Origin: an uncultured Sphaerobacteraceae bacterium
Lineage (GTDB): Bacteria; Chloroflexota; Chloroflexia; Thermomicrobiales; UBA6265
Length of the DNA stretch: 56,647 bases
Assembly: GCA_964622205.1 (NCBI GenBank)
Contig: CAZUPA010000002.1
Location: 1 to 56,647 of the forward strand
Reading direction: 5' to 3'
The notes beneath the pieces were generated by a model. That model saw nothing but the letters and a program-made list of their open reading frames with translations. It searched no databases and had not been told where the DNA came from. The translations under genes and the position numbers were made by a program. Position 1 is the stretch's first letter; each line of letters opens with the position of its first letter. This document shows positions 38,244 through 47,332 of this stretch, in pieces.

Positions 38244-38260
38244 GCGGACCAGCGCGGCGC

Positions 38261-40870
38261 CTACGCCACGTGAGCCGCGCCAGACAGCAACCCGCTGAAC
38301 GTGAACTCTCCATCGCGATAGTCGATCACGACGTTGTCGCCGTCCAGGATTTCTCCCGAGAGGAGCTTCATGGCCAGGGGATCGAGCAGCTGCTTCTGGA
38401 TCACGCGCTTCAGGGGCCGTGCTCCGAATGTGGGATCGTAGCCCAGGGTCGAGACCATTTCGCGAGCCGTCTCGGACACATGAAGCGTGATGTCGCGATC
38501 CGCCAGTCTCCGGGCAACGAATCCGACCTGGACTTCGACGATTTCCCCGATCTGTTCACGTGTCAGCGACTTGAAGATGATGATCTCGTCAATCCGGTTC
38601 AGGAACTCGGGGCGGAAGTTCGCCCGAAGCGCTTCCATCACCTGGGACCGGACTTCCGCATCCTGGTCCGGATTGGATGCGATGAGGTAGGACGATCCGA
38701 GATTGCTGGTCATGATGATGACCGTGTTCCGGAAGTCGACCGTTCGTCCCTGTCCGTCAGTCAGGCGACCATCGTCCAGCACCTGCAAAAGCAGGTTGAA
38801 TACCTCCGGGTGTGCCTTCTCGATCTCGTCGAAGAGCACCACGCTGTATGGGCGTCGTCGTACGGCTTCCGAGAGCTGGCCTCCTTCCTCGTATCCGACG
38901 TAGCCCGGAGGCGCCCCGATGAGGCGGCTCACGGCGTGCCGTTCCATGTACTCGGACATGTCGATGCGAACCATCGCCTGGTCCGAGTCGAACAGGAACT
39001 CCGCGAGGGCTCGCGCGAGTTCCGTTTTCCCGACGCCGGTGGGGCCGAGGAAGATGAAACTGGCCTGTGGCCGATTCGGGTCCGAGAGACCGGCACGCGA
39101 GCGTCGAACAGCGTTGGCGACGGCGGAGATCGCTTCGTCCTGGCCGATCACGCGCTGGTGAAGCCGGTCTTCCATCCGGACGAGCTTCTCGATCTCGCCT
39201 TCCAGGAGCCGGTTCACGGGAATGCCAGTCCAGCGGCTGACGACATCGGCGATGTCATCGGCGTCAACTTCTTCCTTCAGCAACTTGCCGGAAGACTGGA
39301 GCCTGGCGAGGTCCTGCTCCTTTTCCCGGACCTGATTGTCCAGTTCCTTCAGCCTGCCGTACTGAAGTTCCGCGGCCCGGTTGTAATCGTAGGCGCGTTG
39401 GGCCTGCTCGATTTCGATGCGTGTTCGGTCGATCTCGTCGCGGAGTTCGGAGATGGCGACGATTCCCTGGCGTTCCTGATCCCAGCGGGACCGGAGGACA
39501 TCGCGTTCGGCCTTTATGTTTGCCAGGTCCTCCTCAAGGGTGGATAGCCGACGCTGGGAGGCGTCGTCCTTCTCCTTGCGCAAGGCCTCGCGTTCGATTT
39601 CCAGTTGCATGATCCGGCGCTCCGCTTCGTCGAGCTCCACGGGCATGGACGTGATTTCCATGCGGAGCTTGGAGGCGGCCTCGTCGACGAGGTCGATGGC
39701 CTTGTCGGGCAGGAACCGGTCGGAGATATAGCGCTCGGAGAGCGTGGCGGCGGCCACCAGGGCGCTGTCCTGGATCTTGACCTTGTGGTGAGCCTCGTAG
39801 CGGTCGCGAAGCCCGCGGAGGATCGAGATGGTGTCTTCGATCCCTGGTTCGCCGACCAGAACTGGCTGGAAGCGGCGTTCGAGGGCGGCGTCCTTCTCGA
39901 TGTGCTTCCGGTACTCGTCGAGCGTGGTCGCGCCAATGGTGTGAAGCTCGCCGCGAGCGAGCAGCGGCTTCAGCATGTTGGAGGCGTCCATCGAGCCTTC
40001 GGCGGCGCCAGCCCCAACGACCGTGTGAAGCTCGTCGATGAAGAGAATGATCTGCCCGTCGGACGAGGTGATCTCCTTGAGGACCGCCTTCAGACGTTCC
40101 TCGAACTCACCACGGAACTTCGCGCCAGCGATCATCGAGCCAAGATCGAGCGCGATGATGCGCTTGTCCTTCAGCCCTTCCGGGATGTCTCCTCGCACGA
40201 TGCGAAGGGCGAGCCCTTCGACGATGGCAGTCTTGCCGACGCCAGGCTCACCGATGAGGACCGGATTGTTCTTGGTGCGACGTGAGAGGACCTGGATGAC
40301 GCGGCGAATCTCTTCGTCGCGGCCGATCACGGGGTCGAGATTGCCGTCGCTCGCGAGCGTGGTCAGATCGCGGCCGTACTTCTCCAGCGCCTGATACTTA
40401 TCCTCCGGGTTCTGGTCGGTGACGCGCTGGTTGCCGCGAATCTCGGTGAGGACCCCATAGACGCGGTCCTTCGTGACGCCGAGCCGGTTCAGGAGCGATT
40501 GGGCAGGAGTGCGCTCGACCGAGAGGATGCCGAGGAACAGGTGCTCCGTCGAGACGAACTCATCGCCCATCGACGAAGCCTCGGTCTCGGCGTGTTGCAG
40601 CACTTGACGGAGGTTGCCGCTGATCACGGCATCGGCGCTGTACTGCAACTTGGGCGCGCGTTCGACAAGACTGGTGGTCTCGCGCTGAACGTCGCGAGGG
40701 TCGACGGTGAGCCGCTGCAGGACCTGTGGCACGATGCCATCGGCCTGGGAGACGAGTCCGAGAAGGAGTGCCTCGGGTTCATACTGGGCGAGCTTTTGTT
40801 GTTCGGTCGCTTGCTGGCCAGCGATGATTGCCTCGCGGGCCTTTTCGGTAAACCGTTGATTTGTTGCCAT
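38261..40870 (-). CDS. clpB: ATP-dependent chaperone ClpB
   Basis: Two AAA+ modules (GEPGVGKTA and GPTGVGKTE) with a long coiled-coil middle domain. Starts at [14 protein letters not shown]. Confidence 0.93.
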   Translation of the reverse strand: MATNQRFTEKAREAIIAGQQATEQQKLAQYEPEALLLGLVSQADGIVPQVLQRLTVDPRDVQRETTSLVERAPKLQYSADAVISGNLRQVLQHAETEASSMGDEFVSTEHLFLGILSVERTPAQSLLNRLGVTKDRVYGVLTEIRGNQRVTDQNPEDKYQALEKYGRDLTTLASDGNLDPVIGRDEEIRRVIQVLSRRTKNNPVLIGEPGVGKTAIVEGLALRIVRGDIPEGLKDKRIIALDLGSMIAGAKFRGEFEERLKAVLKEITSSDGQIILFIDELHTVVGAGAAEGSMDASNMLKPLLARGELHTIGATTLDEYRKHIEKDAALERRFQPVLVGEPGIEDTISILRGLRDRYEAHHKVKIQDSALVAAATLSERYISDRFLPDKAIDLVDEAASKLRMEITSMPVELDEAERRIMQLEIEREALRKEKDDASQRRLSTLEEDLANIKAERDVLRSRWDQERQGIVAISELRDEIDRTRIEIEQAQRAYDYNRAAELQYGRLKELDNQVREKEQDLARLQSSGKLLKEEVDADDIADVVSRWTGIPVNRLLEGEIEKLVRMEDRLHQRVIGQDEAISAVANAVRRSRAGLSDPNRPQASFIFLGPTGVGKTELARALAEFLFDSDQAMVRIDMSEYMERHAVSRLIGAPPGYVGYEEGGQLSEAVRRRPYSVVLFDEIEKAHPEVFNLLLQVLDDGRLTDGQGRTVDFRNTVIIMTSNLGSSYLIASNPDQDAEVRSQVMEALRANFRPEFLNRIDEIIIFKSLTREQIGEIVEVQVGFVARRLADRDITLHVSETAREMVSTLGYDPTFGARPLKRVIQKQLLDPLAMKLLSGEILDGDNVVIDYRDGEFTFSGLLSGAAHVA

Positions 40871-40925
40871 CCGGCAAACCTCCCACAATTGGGTAAGAAA
40901 CGTTCATGAAACAGGAAGGTGGCGA

Positions 40926-41330
40926 TTAGTCCGGAATGTTTCCGCCGGAACCAGGCTGGCTGGACTGGCGTTGAGCCCTGACTTCCGATTGCTCAACGTA
41001 GCCGAGCAGCCGAAGCAACTCGTCGAGTTGCCGCGCGATGGCCGTGTCCGGAGCGTCGTCCTGATGTTCCTTGCGGAGCTTCCGCATCTGGCGCGTGAGT
41101 TCGAGCGCCAGCTGGACGCCCGCGAGATTTAGGCCGCGTTTCTCGACGAGGTACTTGACCTGCCGCAATTGTTCGATGTCACTATCGGAATACAGCCGGA
41201 GATTTCCGCTTGTGCGAGAAGGGGCGACAAGCCCTTCGCGCTCGTACTTGCGCAGCGTTTGGGGATGCATTTCCACCAGCCGCGCTGCTACGCTGATGAC
41301 GAAAAGTGGTTCTGAAAAACGTCCAACCAT
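40926..41330 (-). CDS. hspR: MerR-family heat-shock repressor HspR
   Basis: LFVISVAARLVEMHPQTLRKYEREGLV HTH. ATG 41330 preceded by GGAGG. Directly upstream of clpB. Upstream part of the 251-aa ORF rejected. Confidence 0.8.
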   Translation of the reverse strand: MVGRFSEPLFVISVAARLVEMHPQTLRKYEREGLVAPSRTSGNLRLYSDSDIEQLRQVKYLVEKRGLNLAGVQLALELTRQMRKLRKEHQDDAPDTAIARQLDELLRLLGYVEQSEVRAQRQSSQPGSGGNIPD

Positions 41331-41342
41331 TCGAGGGACCTC

Positions 41343-41362
41343 CAAGGATTCGTTGCTCCTTG
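41343..41362 (-). promoter_or_regulatory. Inverted repeat at the predicted hspR transcription start (candidate HspR operator)
   Basis: CAAGGA-N8-TCCTTG immediately downstream of the -10 element. Confidence 0.35.
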
Positions 41363-41363
41363 A

Positions 41364-41392
41364 ATGATAGTTCTTGATACGGTTCATGTCAA
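41364..41392 (-). promoter_or_regulatory. Sigma-70-type promoter of hspR-clpB
   Basis: Minus strand TTGACA-N17-TATCAT, ~35 nt upstream of the hspR ATG. Confidence 0.55.
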
Positions 41393-41431
41393 TGTCCGGC
41401 AAGCCAGCCGGTGAACGTGAGGATTTCAGGC

Positions 41432-42112
41432 ATGTCAAGGATTTATGCACATCGCGGCGCATCGGCCGAGTTTCCGGAAAACACGCTTCCCGCGTTCGCC
41501 CGGGCGGTCGAGCTTGGCGCGGATGGGATCGAACTGGATGTCCACCTGTCGAAGGATGGCGTCGCGGTCGTGATCCATGACGACACCGTTGACCGGACGA
41601 CCGATGGAACGGGAGACGTCTCCAGTTTGACCGCGGCGGAACTCGGTGCGCTGGACGCGGGAGGCGGCTCTCCGGTGCCAACCCTGGCCGACGTGCTGAG
41701 CCTGGTCTCGGGAAAGCTTCACGTCGACATCGAGGTGAAGGCGGCCGCCGCGGCGGATGCCGTGCTGATTGAGACGGCTCGACACGGGAACCTTGCGTTC
41801 GCGATTTCCTCGTTCGACCATGACGTGCTGCGTCACGTCCGGTCGGTTGACCCGGAGGTGGAATTGTGGCCGCTGACTCCAGTCATCTCCGACGAGGTGA
41901 TCGCCACGGCAGTCGCGCTGGGATCGCCCCAGATCGCCATCTACGACAAGTTCCTCAATGCCGAGATCGTCGACTTTGTGCGGTCAAGGGGGCTAGGGTG
42001 CTGGGTATGGACGGTGAATGACCCAGACCGCGCGCAGGCGTTCGCGACGATGGGAGTCGTGGGCCTGTGTACGGACGACCCAGCCGCGCTACTTACGCGG
42101 TTCGGCCGGTGA
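41432..42112 (+). CDS. Glycerophosphodiester phosphodiesterase
   Basis: IYAHRGASAEFPENT, ELDVHLSKDG and IHDDTVDRTT motifs. ORF-track start 41411 is the alternative. Confidence 0.85.
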   Translation: MSRIYAHRGASAEFPENTLPAFARAVELGADGIELDVHLSKDGVAVVIHDDTVDRTTDGTGDVSSLTAAELGALDAGGGSPVPTLADVLSLVSGKLHVDIEVKAAAAADAVLIETARHGNLAFAISSFDHDVLRHVRSVDPEVELWPLTPVISDEVIATAVALGSPQIAIYDKFLNAEIVDFVRSRGLGCWVWTVNDPDRAQAFATMGVVGLCTDDPAALLTRFGR

Positions 42113-42266
42113 AGTGACGGCCGCGCCAGTCCCCGAGCGGGCAACCGTGCCTTGAGTCATGTGCGGGAGTACGCAATACTAGGCGAATGTTCATGCGTTT
42201 CAGCCCACACCTCACAGGTGGTGATGCCGAGCGTGCTTTGGCGGTTTATCGCAGGATGGTCCCAAC

Positions 42267-42908
42267 ATGGCGAATTTGATCACCGTGGGTCGGCTGATCC
42301 TGCTGTTCTTCGTGATCTGGCTGATCTACGTCGGCGACGTTCAGGTGATCGAAGCCTGCATGCTGCTGCTGATCGTGGTGTTCGCCAGCGATGGTCTCGA
42401 TGGATGGGTTGCCAGGAAGCGCGGTTCGGCCTCGGCATTTGGCGCGGTATTCGATATCGCGGGAGACCGCGTGGTGGAGAACGCGCTTTGGATCATATTC
42501 GCCGACCTGGGCCTGATTCCCGTCTGGATACCGCTACTGGTCATGACCCGTGGTTTCATGGTGGACGGTCTCCGCTCGCTGTCGCTGATGCAGGGAATGA
42601 CCCCGTTCGGCGAGAACAACATGATGCGCTCGGCGTTCACCGAATGGTTGACCGCGGGCCGGTTCATGCGTGGGTTTTTCGGTTGGGCGAAGTCGGCGGG
42701 GTTCGTGTTCCTTACTGGCCTGGTGGCCTGGGAGCAGCAGGATACGACCGACACCATCATCGGCACGTTATACGGAGTGGAAGTGATTCGATGGTTTGGC
42801 TGGGGCCTCGTCTGGACCGCGGTCGCCCTGACGGTCGTCCGGGCGATTCCAGTGTTTGTCGATTCCATCGGTTTCCTGAGGGAAATGGAAAGCAAACAGC
42901 CAACGTGA
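42267..42908 (+). CDS. CDP-alcohol phosphatidyltransferase
   Basis: Signature DGLDGWVARKRGSASAFGAVFDIAGDRVVE (D-G-x2-A-R-x8-G-x3-D-x3-D). Multi-TM. Confidence 0.85.
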   Translation: MANLITVGRLILLFFVIWLIYVGDVQVIEACMLLLIVVFASDGLDGWVARKRGSASAFGAVFDIAGDRVVENALWIIFADLGLIPVWIPLLVMTRGFMVDGLRSLSLMQGMTPFGENNMMRSAFTEWLTAGRFMRGFFGWAKSAGFVFLTGLVAWEQQDTTDTIIGTLYGVEVIRWFGWGLVWTAVALTVVRAIPVFVDSIGFLREMESKQPT

Positions 42909-42947
42909 CCTCGCGACGGAGCCGGACTGGCCTTCGTATGGCCACGC

Positions 42948-44078
42948 ATGCGGCTGGCTGGGAATCGGACTGCTGGCGGATGGGGTCGTGTGACCAGTAA
43001 CGAGCTTCCACCAAAAGGGACGCCGCTGTTCCGGCGAGATGAGCGCCATGCACTGCGGTATCAACTTTCGGTGTTCCTGGCCGAGCTCTTCTCGTGGGTG
43101 TTCTGGTTGATCCCGCGACCGATCCTCTACTGGATTGCTGACCGGGTCGGAGACATATTCCGGCGGACGACGAATACCTACCGCGACAATGTTGAAGCGA
43201 ACGTCTCGCAGGTACTGGACGTCGATCCAGACGACCCGCGCGTGCAGGACGCCACCAGGTCGATTTTCCGGACGAGCGCCCGTAATTTCGTTGACCTGAT
43301 CACCATGCCCAGGGAGTCGCGCTCGAACCTGTTGGATTCACTCAAGATCACCTCGGGTGACTGGTCGGTCATCGACGAGGCACTCGCGGAAGGGAAAGGT
43401 GTCATCCTCGCCGCCTGTCACCTGGGGTCGTTCGACCAAGCGGGGCAGGTGCTCCGGGCGCGCGGATACAAGCTCACCATCGTGACCGGCCGCACAACGT
43501 CGCGATTTATCTTCGATGGAGTGACGCATCTCCGCGGGACAAACGGGGCGACGATGGTTGAACCAACGCCTTCTGGAGTCAGGAAGGTGATCCGGGCCCT
43601 CCGAAACGGGGAATGCGCGGTCATTGTGAGCGATCGGGACTTCTTCCAGAACGGCCGCCCGGTGGAGTTCTTTGGCAAAACCACGTCCCTTCCGCCGGGC
43701 GCCATCCGGATCGCGAGGGACACTGGGGCGATTGTCGTGCCGATCCTGACCTGGAGACTGCGGAACGGACACGAGATGTCGATCGCGCGGTCATTCAGCG
43801 TGGAGAAAACCGCGGATCTCGAAGCGGACATGCGCGCTGGTTTCGACAAGCTCGTCCCCGCGATGGAGCGAGGGATCGCCGACAGGGTGTCTCAATGGGT
43901 CATGTTCCAGCGGGTCTGGCCCGAAGTCCCGGCACCGGCGGTCCGGGTCTTCCCGGTCGGGTCACCGCTGGAAAGCGAGTTGCTCGAAAAAGTGGCGCAG
44001 GCGATTCCCCAACGATCGTCTGGCGAACGTTCCACGCTGATCGAGCGTATCAAGGGCGAGGACCGGGAATCGAAGTGA
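42948..44078 (+). CDS. Lysophospholipid / lipid A-type (LpxL/HtrB/PatA-like) acyltransferase
   Basis: N-terminal TM and HX4D motif (CHLGSFD). Length and layout match the LPLAT lauroyl-acyltransferase family. Confidence 0.7.
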   Translation: MRLAGNRTAGGWGRVTSNELPPKGTPLFRRDERHALRYQLSVFLAELFSWVFWLIPRPILYWIADRVGDIFRRTTNTYRDNVEANVSQVLDVDPDDPRVQDATRSIFRTSARNFVDLITMPRESRSNLLDSLKITSGDWSVIDEALAEGKGVILAACHLGSFDQAGQVLRARGYKLTIVTGRTTSRFIFDGVTHLRGTNGATMVEPTPSGVRKVIRALRNGECAVIVSDRDFFQNGRPVEFFGKTTSLPPGAIRIARDTGAIVVPILTWRLRNGHEMSIARSFSVEKTADLEADMRAGFDKLVPAMERGIADRVSQWVMFQRVWPEVPAPAVRVFPVGSPLESELLEKVAQAIPQRSSGERSTLIERIKGEDRESK

Positions 44079-44092
44079 GGGCCGGTTGGCCA

Positions 44093-44584
44093 CTACCTGT
44101 AGTTCACGAATTGCAGCGCGACTGGATAGTCGGCTGATTTCAGCATCGCCATGACGGCCTGCAGGTCGTCCCGGCTCTTTGCCTGGACGCGAAGGGTGTC
44201 GCCCTGTATTTGAGGCGTGACCTTCTTGAACTCGTCCCGGATTGATTTCGAAATCTTCTTGGCGATGTCGTCTGGAATGCCTTCCTTGAGCTTGACGACC
44301 TGCCGGATCCGGGCGCCCGATGCTTCCTCTTCGTCCTGGTAGTCGAGGATCTTGAGCGAGAGTTTTCGTCCGAGCACTTTGGACTCGAGGATGTCTCGCA
44401 CCGCGGTGAGGCTGTACTCCGACTCGGTGTTGATGGTGAGTTCGGCGCCGGTGAGCACGAGCTCGGTCTTGGTATCCTTGAGATCGTAGCGGGTCCGGAT
44501 TTCCCGGTCCGCCTGATCGACGGCGTTCTTCAATTCCTGCTGATCGAACTTCGAAACGATGTCGAATGATGAGTTGGCGGCCAA
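44093..44584 (-). CDS. yajQ: YajQ-family nucleotide-binding protein (UPF0234)
   Basis: SFDIVSKFDQQELKNAVDQADREIRTRYDLKDT N-terminus is characteristic. 163 aa. Confidence 0.88.
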   Translation of the reverse strand: MAANSSFDIVSKFDQQELKNAVDQADREIRTRYDLKDTKTELVLTGAELTINTESEYSLTAVRDILESKVLGRKLSLKILDYQDEEEASGARIRQVVKLKEGIPDDIAKKISKSIRDEFKKVTPQIQGDTLRVQAKSRDDLQAVMAMLKSADYPVALQFVNYR

Positions 44585-44687
44585 TGCATTTCCTCCTGCG
44601 TTACGCGTCCGTCAAACCCGATATGGTACCAGAGCCTCTCGATGGCCTGTCATGTCGACACGTTGAGCGGAACTGAAAGTACTCGAC

Positions 44688-45809
44688 ATGTCAACGATTG
44701 ACGCTTCGCGGATGGTTGAACGGCAAGGGGTTCGACAGATCGTCGCGGAACGTGTCCGGTCCGTGCCACTGTTTTACAAGGTGCTGCTGGCGAACATGGC
44801 CATCGTCGTGTTCGGGGCGGTGGTGGGCACCTACGTGACGGCGACCACCATTCGGGACCTGCAATTGCCATCCCGAATAGAGCTGATGCTGTTCTTCGCC
44901 GGAATTGGCGTGCTCCTGAGCGTGGCGGTCAACTATGTGGTGCTCAGGGCGGCGTTCGAGCCGCTTGATAGTCTGGAGCGCCTTGCCGAGGCGGTCAGGA
45001 AGGGCGACCTGTCGGCAAGGGCGGAACTCCCTTCACTGAGCGATCCCCAACTTGTTCGCCTGGTCGATACGTTCAACGACACGCTGGACGAACTGGAAAC
45101 GAACCAGGCGCGGCTCCGGGATTTGGCGGTTCAGGTTATCAATGCCCAGGAGGGAGAGCGAAAGCGAATAGCCAGGGAACTTCACGATGACACCGCCCAG
45201 ATGCTGTTCGCCCAGTTGCTGAGCGTGACCGCCTTGAAGTCGTCCACCAACGACGAAGTACGGAGGACCGCCGAGCGGCTGGAATCGATGACGGTCGAAG
45301 CGATTGAAGGCGTGCGGCGGCTCGCGCTCGAACTCCGTCCGCCCGCGCTCGACGATCTTGGCGCCAGGGAGGCGCTCGGCGATCTCACGCAGCGATTCTC
45401 GGAGCAATCGGGCATTGACGTGGTGCTCGAAGTGAATGGCGCTCGCGAGCGGCTGGCGCCGGAAGTGGAGCTCGTGTTGTACCGGGTGGTCCAGGAGGCT
45501 CTGACGAACGTGGTGAAGCACGCCGGCGCCAAGCAGGCCCTGGTGAAGCTGACACGGCATACGACCAGCGTGGACCTAACCGTGGACGACGATGGGAGAG
45601 GCTTCAGCCCAGCCCTCCATCGCGTTCGGGATGAGTCCGGCCTGGGACTTGGGCTTTTTGGGATGGCGGAACGCGCGGCGCTGGTCGGCGGTTCTTTCTC
45701 GATCACGCCACTGTCTCCCAAGGGTGTCCGTATTCGCGTTTCCATTCCGATCACCGCCGATGGCGAGCCTGTCGGCAAGCCCATATCCGAACTGGCAGGA
45801 AGGCATTGA
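44688..45809 (+). CDS. Sensor histidine kinase, NarX/DesK type (HisKA_3) with two TMs and a HAMP-like linker
   Basis: H-box ELHDDTAQ, N-box EALTNVVKHA, DDGRGF and GLGLFGMAERA. Confidence 0.85.
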   Translation: MSTIDASRMVERQGVRQIVAERVRSVPLFYKVLLANMAIVVFGAVVGTYVTATTIRDLQLPSRIELMLFFAGIGVLLSVAVNYVVLRAAFEPLDSLERLAEAVRKGDLSARAELPSLSDPQLVRLVDTFNDTLDELETNQARLRDLAVQVINAQEGERKRIARELHDDTAQMLFAQLLSVTALKSSTNDEVRRTAERLESMTVEAIEGVRRLALELRPPALDDLGAREALGDLTQRFSEQSGIDVVLEVNGARERLAPEVELVLYRVVQEALTNVVKHAGAKQALVKLTRHTTSVDLTVDDDGRGFSPALHRVRDESGLGLGLFGMAERAALVGGSFSITPLSPKGVRIRVSIPITADGEPVGKPISELAGRH

Positions 45810-46492
45810 ACTTGGCCCAGAATCAGGAACATTCACGAATACGGGTGCTCCTTGCCGACGATCACGGCATTGTTCGAGCGGGATTGCGGGCACTGCTCGA
45901 AATGCAGCACGACATGGCGGTGGTGGGCGAGGCTGAAGATGGCCTTCGCGCGATTGACCAGGCCCGCGAACTGGAACCCGATGTGGTCGTCGCCGATCTG
46001 TCGATGCCAGGTGGGGGACTCGACGCCATTCGGGGTATCACGGCGCTTGGCATCCGGAGCAGGGTGCTCGTCCTGACGGTGCATGCCGAGGAACGCTATC
46101 TCCTGCCGGTGCTCGAGGCGGGAGGGTCCGGGTATGTGCGAAAGTCCAGTGCCCACACGGACCTGCTGGATGCGATCAGAACCGTCGCGAAGGGCGAAGT
46201 GTTCCTTGATCCGGCGGCCACCAAGACGCTGTTGCGCGGCTACCTCGGACGGGTTAGTTCTGGCGAGGAACTCGATCTCGGTGAAGTACTCTCCGAACGC
46301 GAGCGAGAGGTCGTCAAGCTGACGGCGGAGGGTTACACGGCACAGCAGGCGGCCGACATCCTTTCGCTTTCGCCGAAGACGGTGGAAACCTACCGGCACC
46401 GGGCCATGCAGAAGCTGGGTCTCGCCAACAGGGCTGAACTCGTGCATTACGCGCTTCGCGCCGGGTTGCTGGCCGAAGAATCCGTGTTGTAA
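45806..46492 (+). CDS. NarL/LuxR-family response regulator
   Basis: VLLADDHGIVR, VVADLSMPG and LuxR HTH LSEREREVVKL..SPKTVETYRHRAMQKLG. TTG 45806 overlaps the kinase stop. TTG 45812 has better SD spacing. Confidence 0.85.
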   Translation: MNLAQNQEHSRIRVLLADDHGIVRAGLRALLEMQHDMAVVGEAEDGLRAIDQARELEPDVVVADLSMPGGGLDAIRGITALGIRSRVLVLTVHAEERYLLPVLEAGGSGYVRKSSAHTDLLDAIRTVAKGEVFLDPAATKTLLRGYLGRVSSGEELDLGEVLSEREREVVKLTAEGYTAQQAADILSLSPKTVETYRHRAMQKLGLANRAELVHYALRAGLLAEESVL

Positions 46493-46793
46493 GGACAATC
46501 CTTACACGGCTCGCGAAAGTCCCTACGTGTTTTCGCCACGAGTCGCAGGTGGCACCCGGCAGACCGTGAAGCAGTGCTCATTTACACTTGAGGTCAGTAT
46601 TGATGTCGCCGCCAGCCCCACACCGTTACACTTGACGAGTGATCAGGTGACAGGTGTTCAGGTCAGGCAGACGACTATCCAAGCCGTTTTCTTACGTTCT
46701 CGCATGAAGAACGAGTCTGGGGTAAGTGTGTCTACAGAAGTATCAAAGCGATCAGTTCACCCCGGTTGGCTTCTCGGCGAGCCAGCGGTGTCA

Positions 46794-47252
46794 ATGGATC
46801 CAACGGAAACCGAGGACTCGATCCGGTTCGACGCGGTCATGCAACTGCTTCGAACCGCCGGGGCCATGGACAGGGCGGCAACGGACGCGTTGGCCGACCT
46901 GGACCTGACGGCGGGGGCGTTTGGCGCCCTGGTGGAGCTGGGAGCGGTTGGCGATGAGGGAATTGCCCCATCGGAACTGGCCAGGAAGCTGGCCGTTGCC
47001 CGGAGGACGGCGACGCTCTATGTGGACATCCTGGCGCGGCATGGTTGGGCCCAGCGAGCGGCCCATCCCCGGGACAAGCGGATGGTTCTTGCCAGGTTGA
47101 CTCCGAGTGGAGAGACCCTGCTCGAAGAGTGGGGCGATGCCTACAAGCGGCGTTTGTCGCACCTGCTGGGCGAGGTGTCCCCGCTCCAGGCCGAGCGGCT
47201 CCGGCAGTTGCTGGCGCTGGTGCCCACCGAGAGCGTACCCGTCGCGGACTGA
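46794..47252 (+). CDS. MarR-family transcriptional regulator
   Basis: Winged-helix core IAPSELARKLAVARRTATLYVDILARHGW..HPRDKRMVLARLTPSG. ATG 46794. Upstream 89 codons of the ORF look non-coding. Confidence 0.75.
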   Translation: MDPTETEDSIRFDAVMQLLRTAGAMDRAATDALADLDLTAGAFGALVELGAVGDEGIAPSELARKLAVARRTATLYVDILARHGWAQRAAHPRDKRMVLARLTPSGETLLEEWGDAYKRRLSHLLGEVSPLQAERLRQLLALVPTESVPVAD

Positions 47253-47275
47253 TTTCCTGACCTGAAGACAACGAA

Positions 47276-47308
47276 CGAGCGAGAGCGGCGCTCCGCCGCT
47301 CTCGCTTG
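47276..47308. terminator. Bidirectional stem-loop between convergent marR-like gene and glgX
   Basis: Perfect 13-bp stem AGCGAGAGCGGCG-CTC-CGCCGCTCTCGCT, extendable by 2 bp. Confidence 0.7.
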
Positions 47309-47332
47309 GTCATTGCTGTCCGGTTTGCCATG

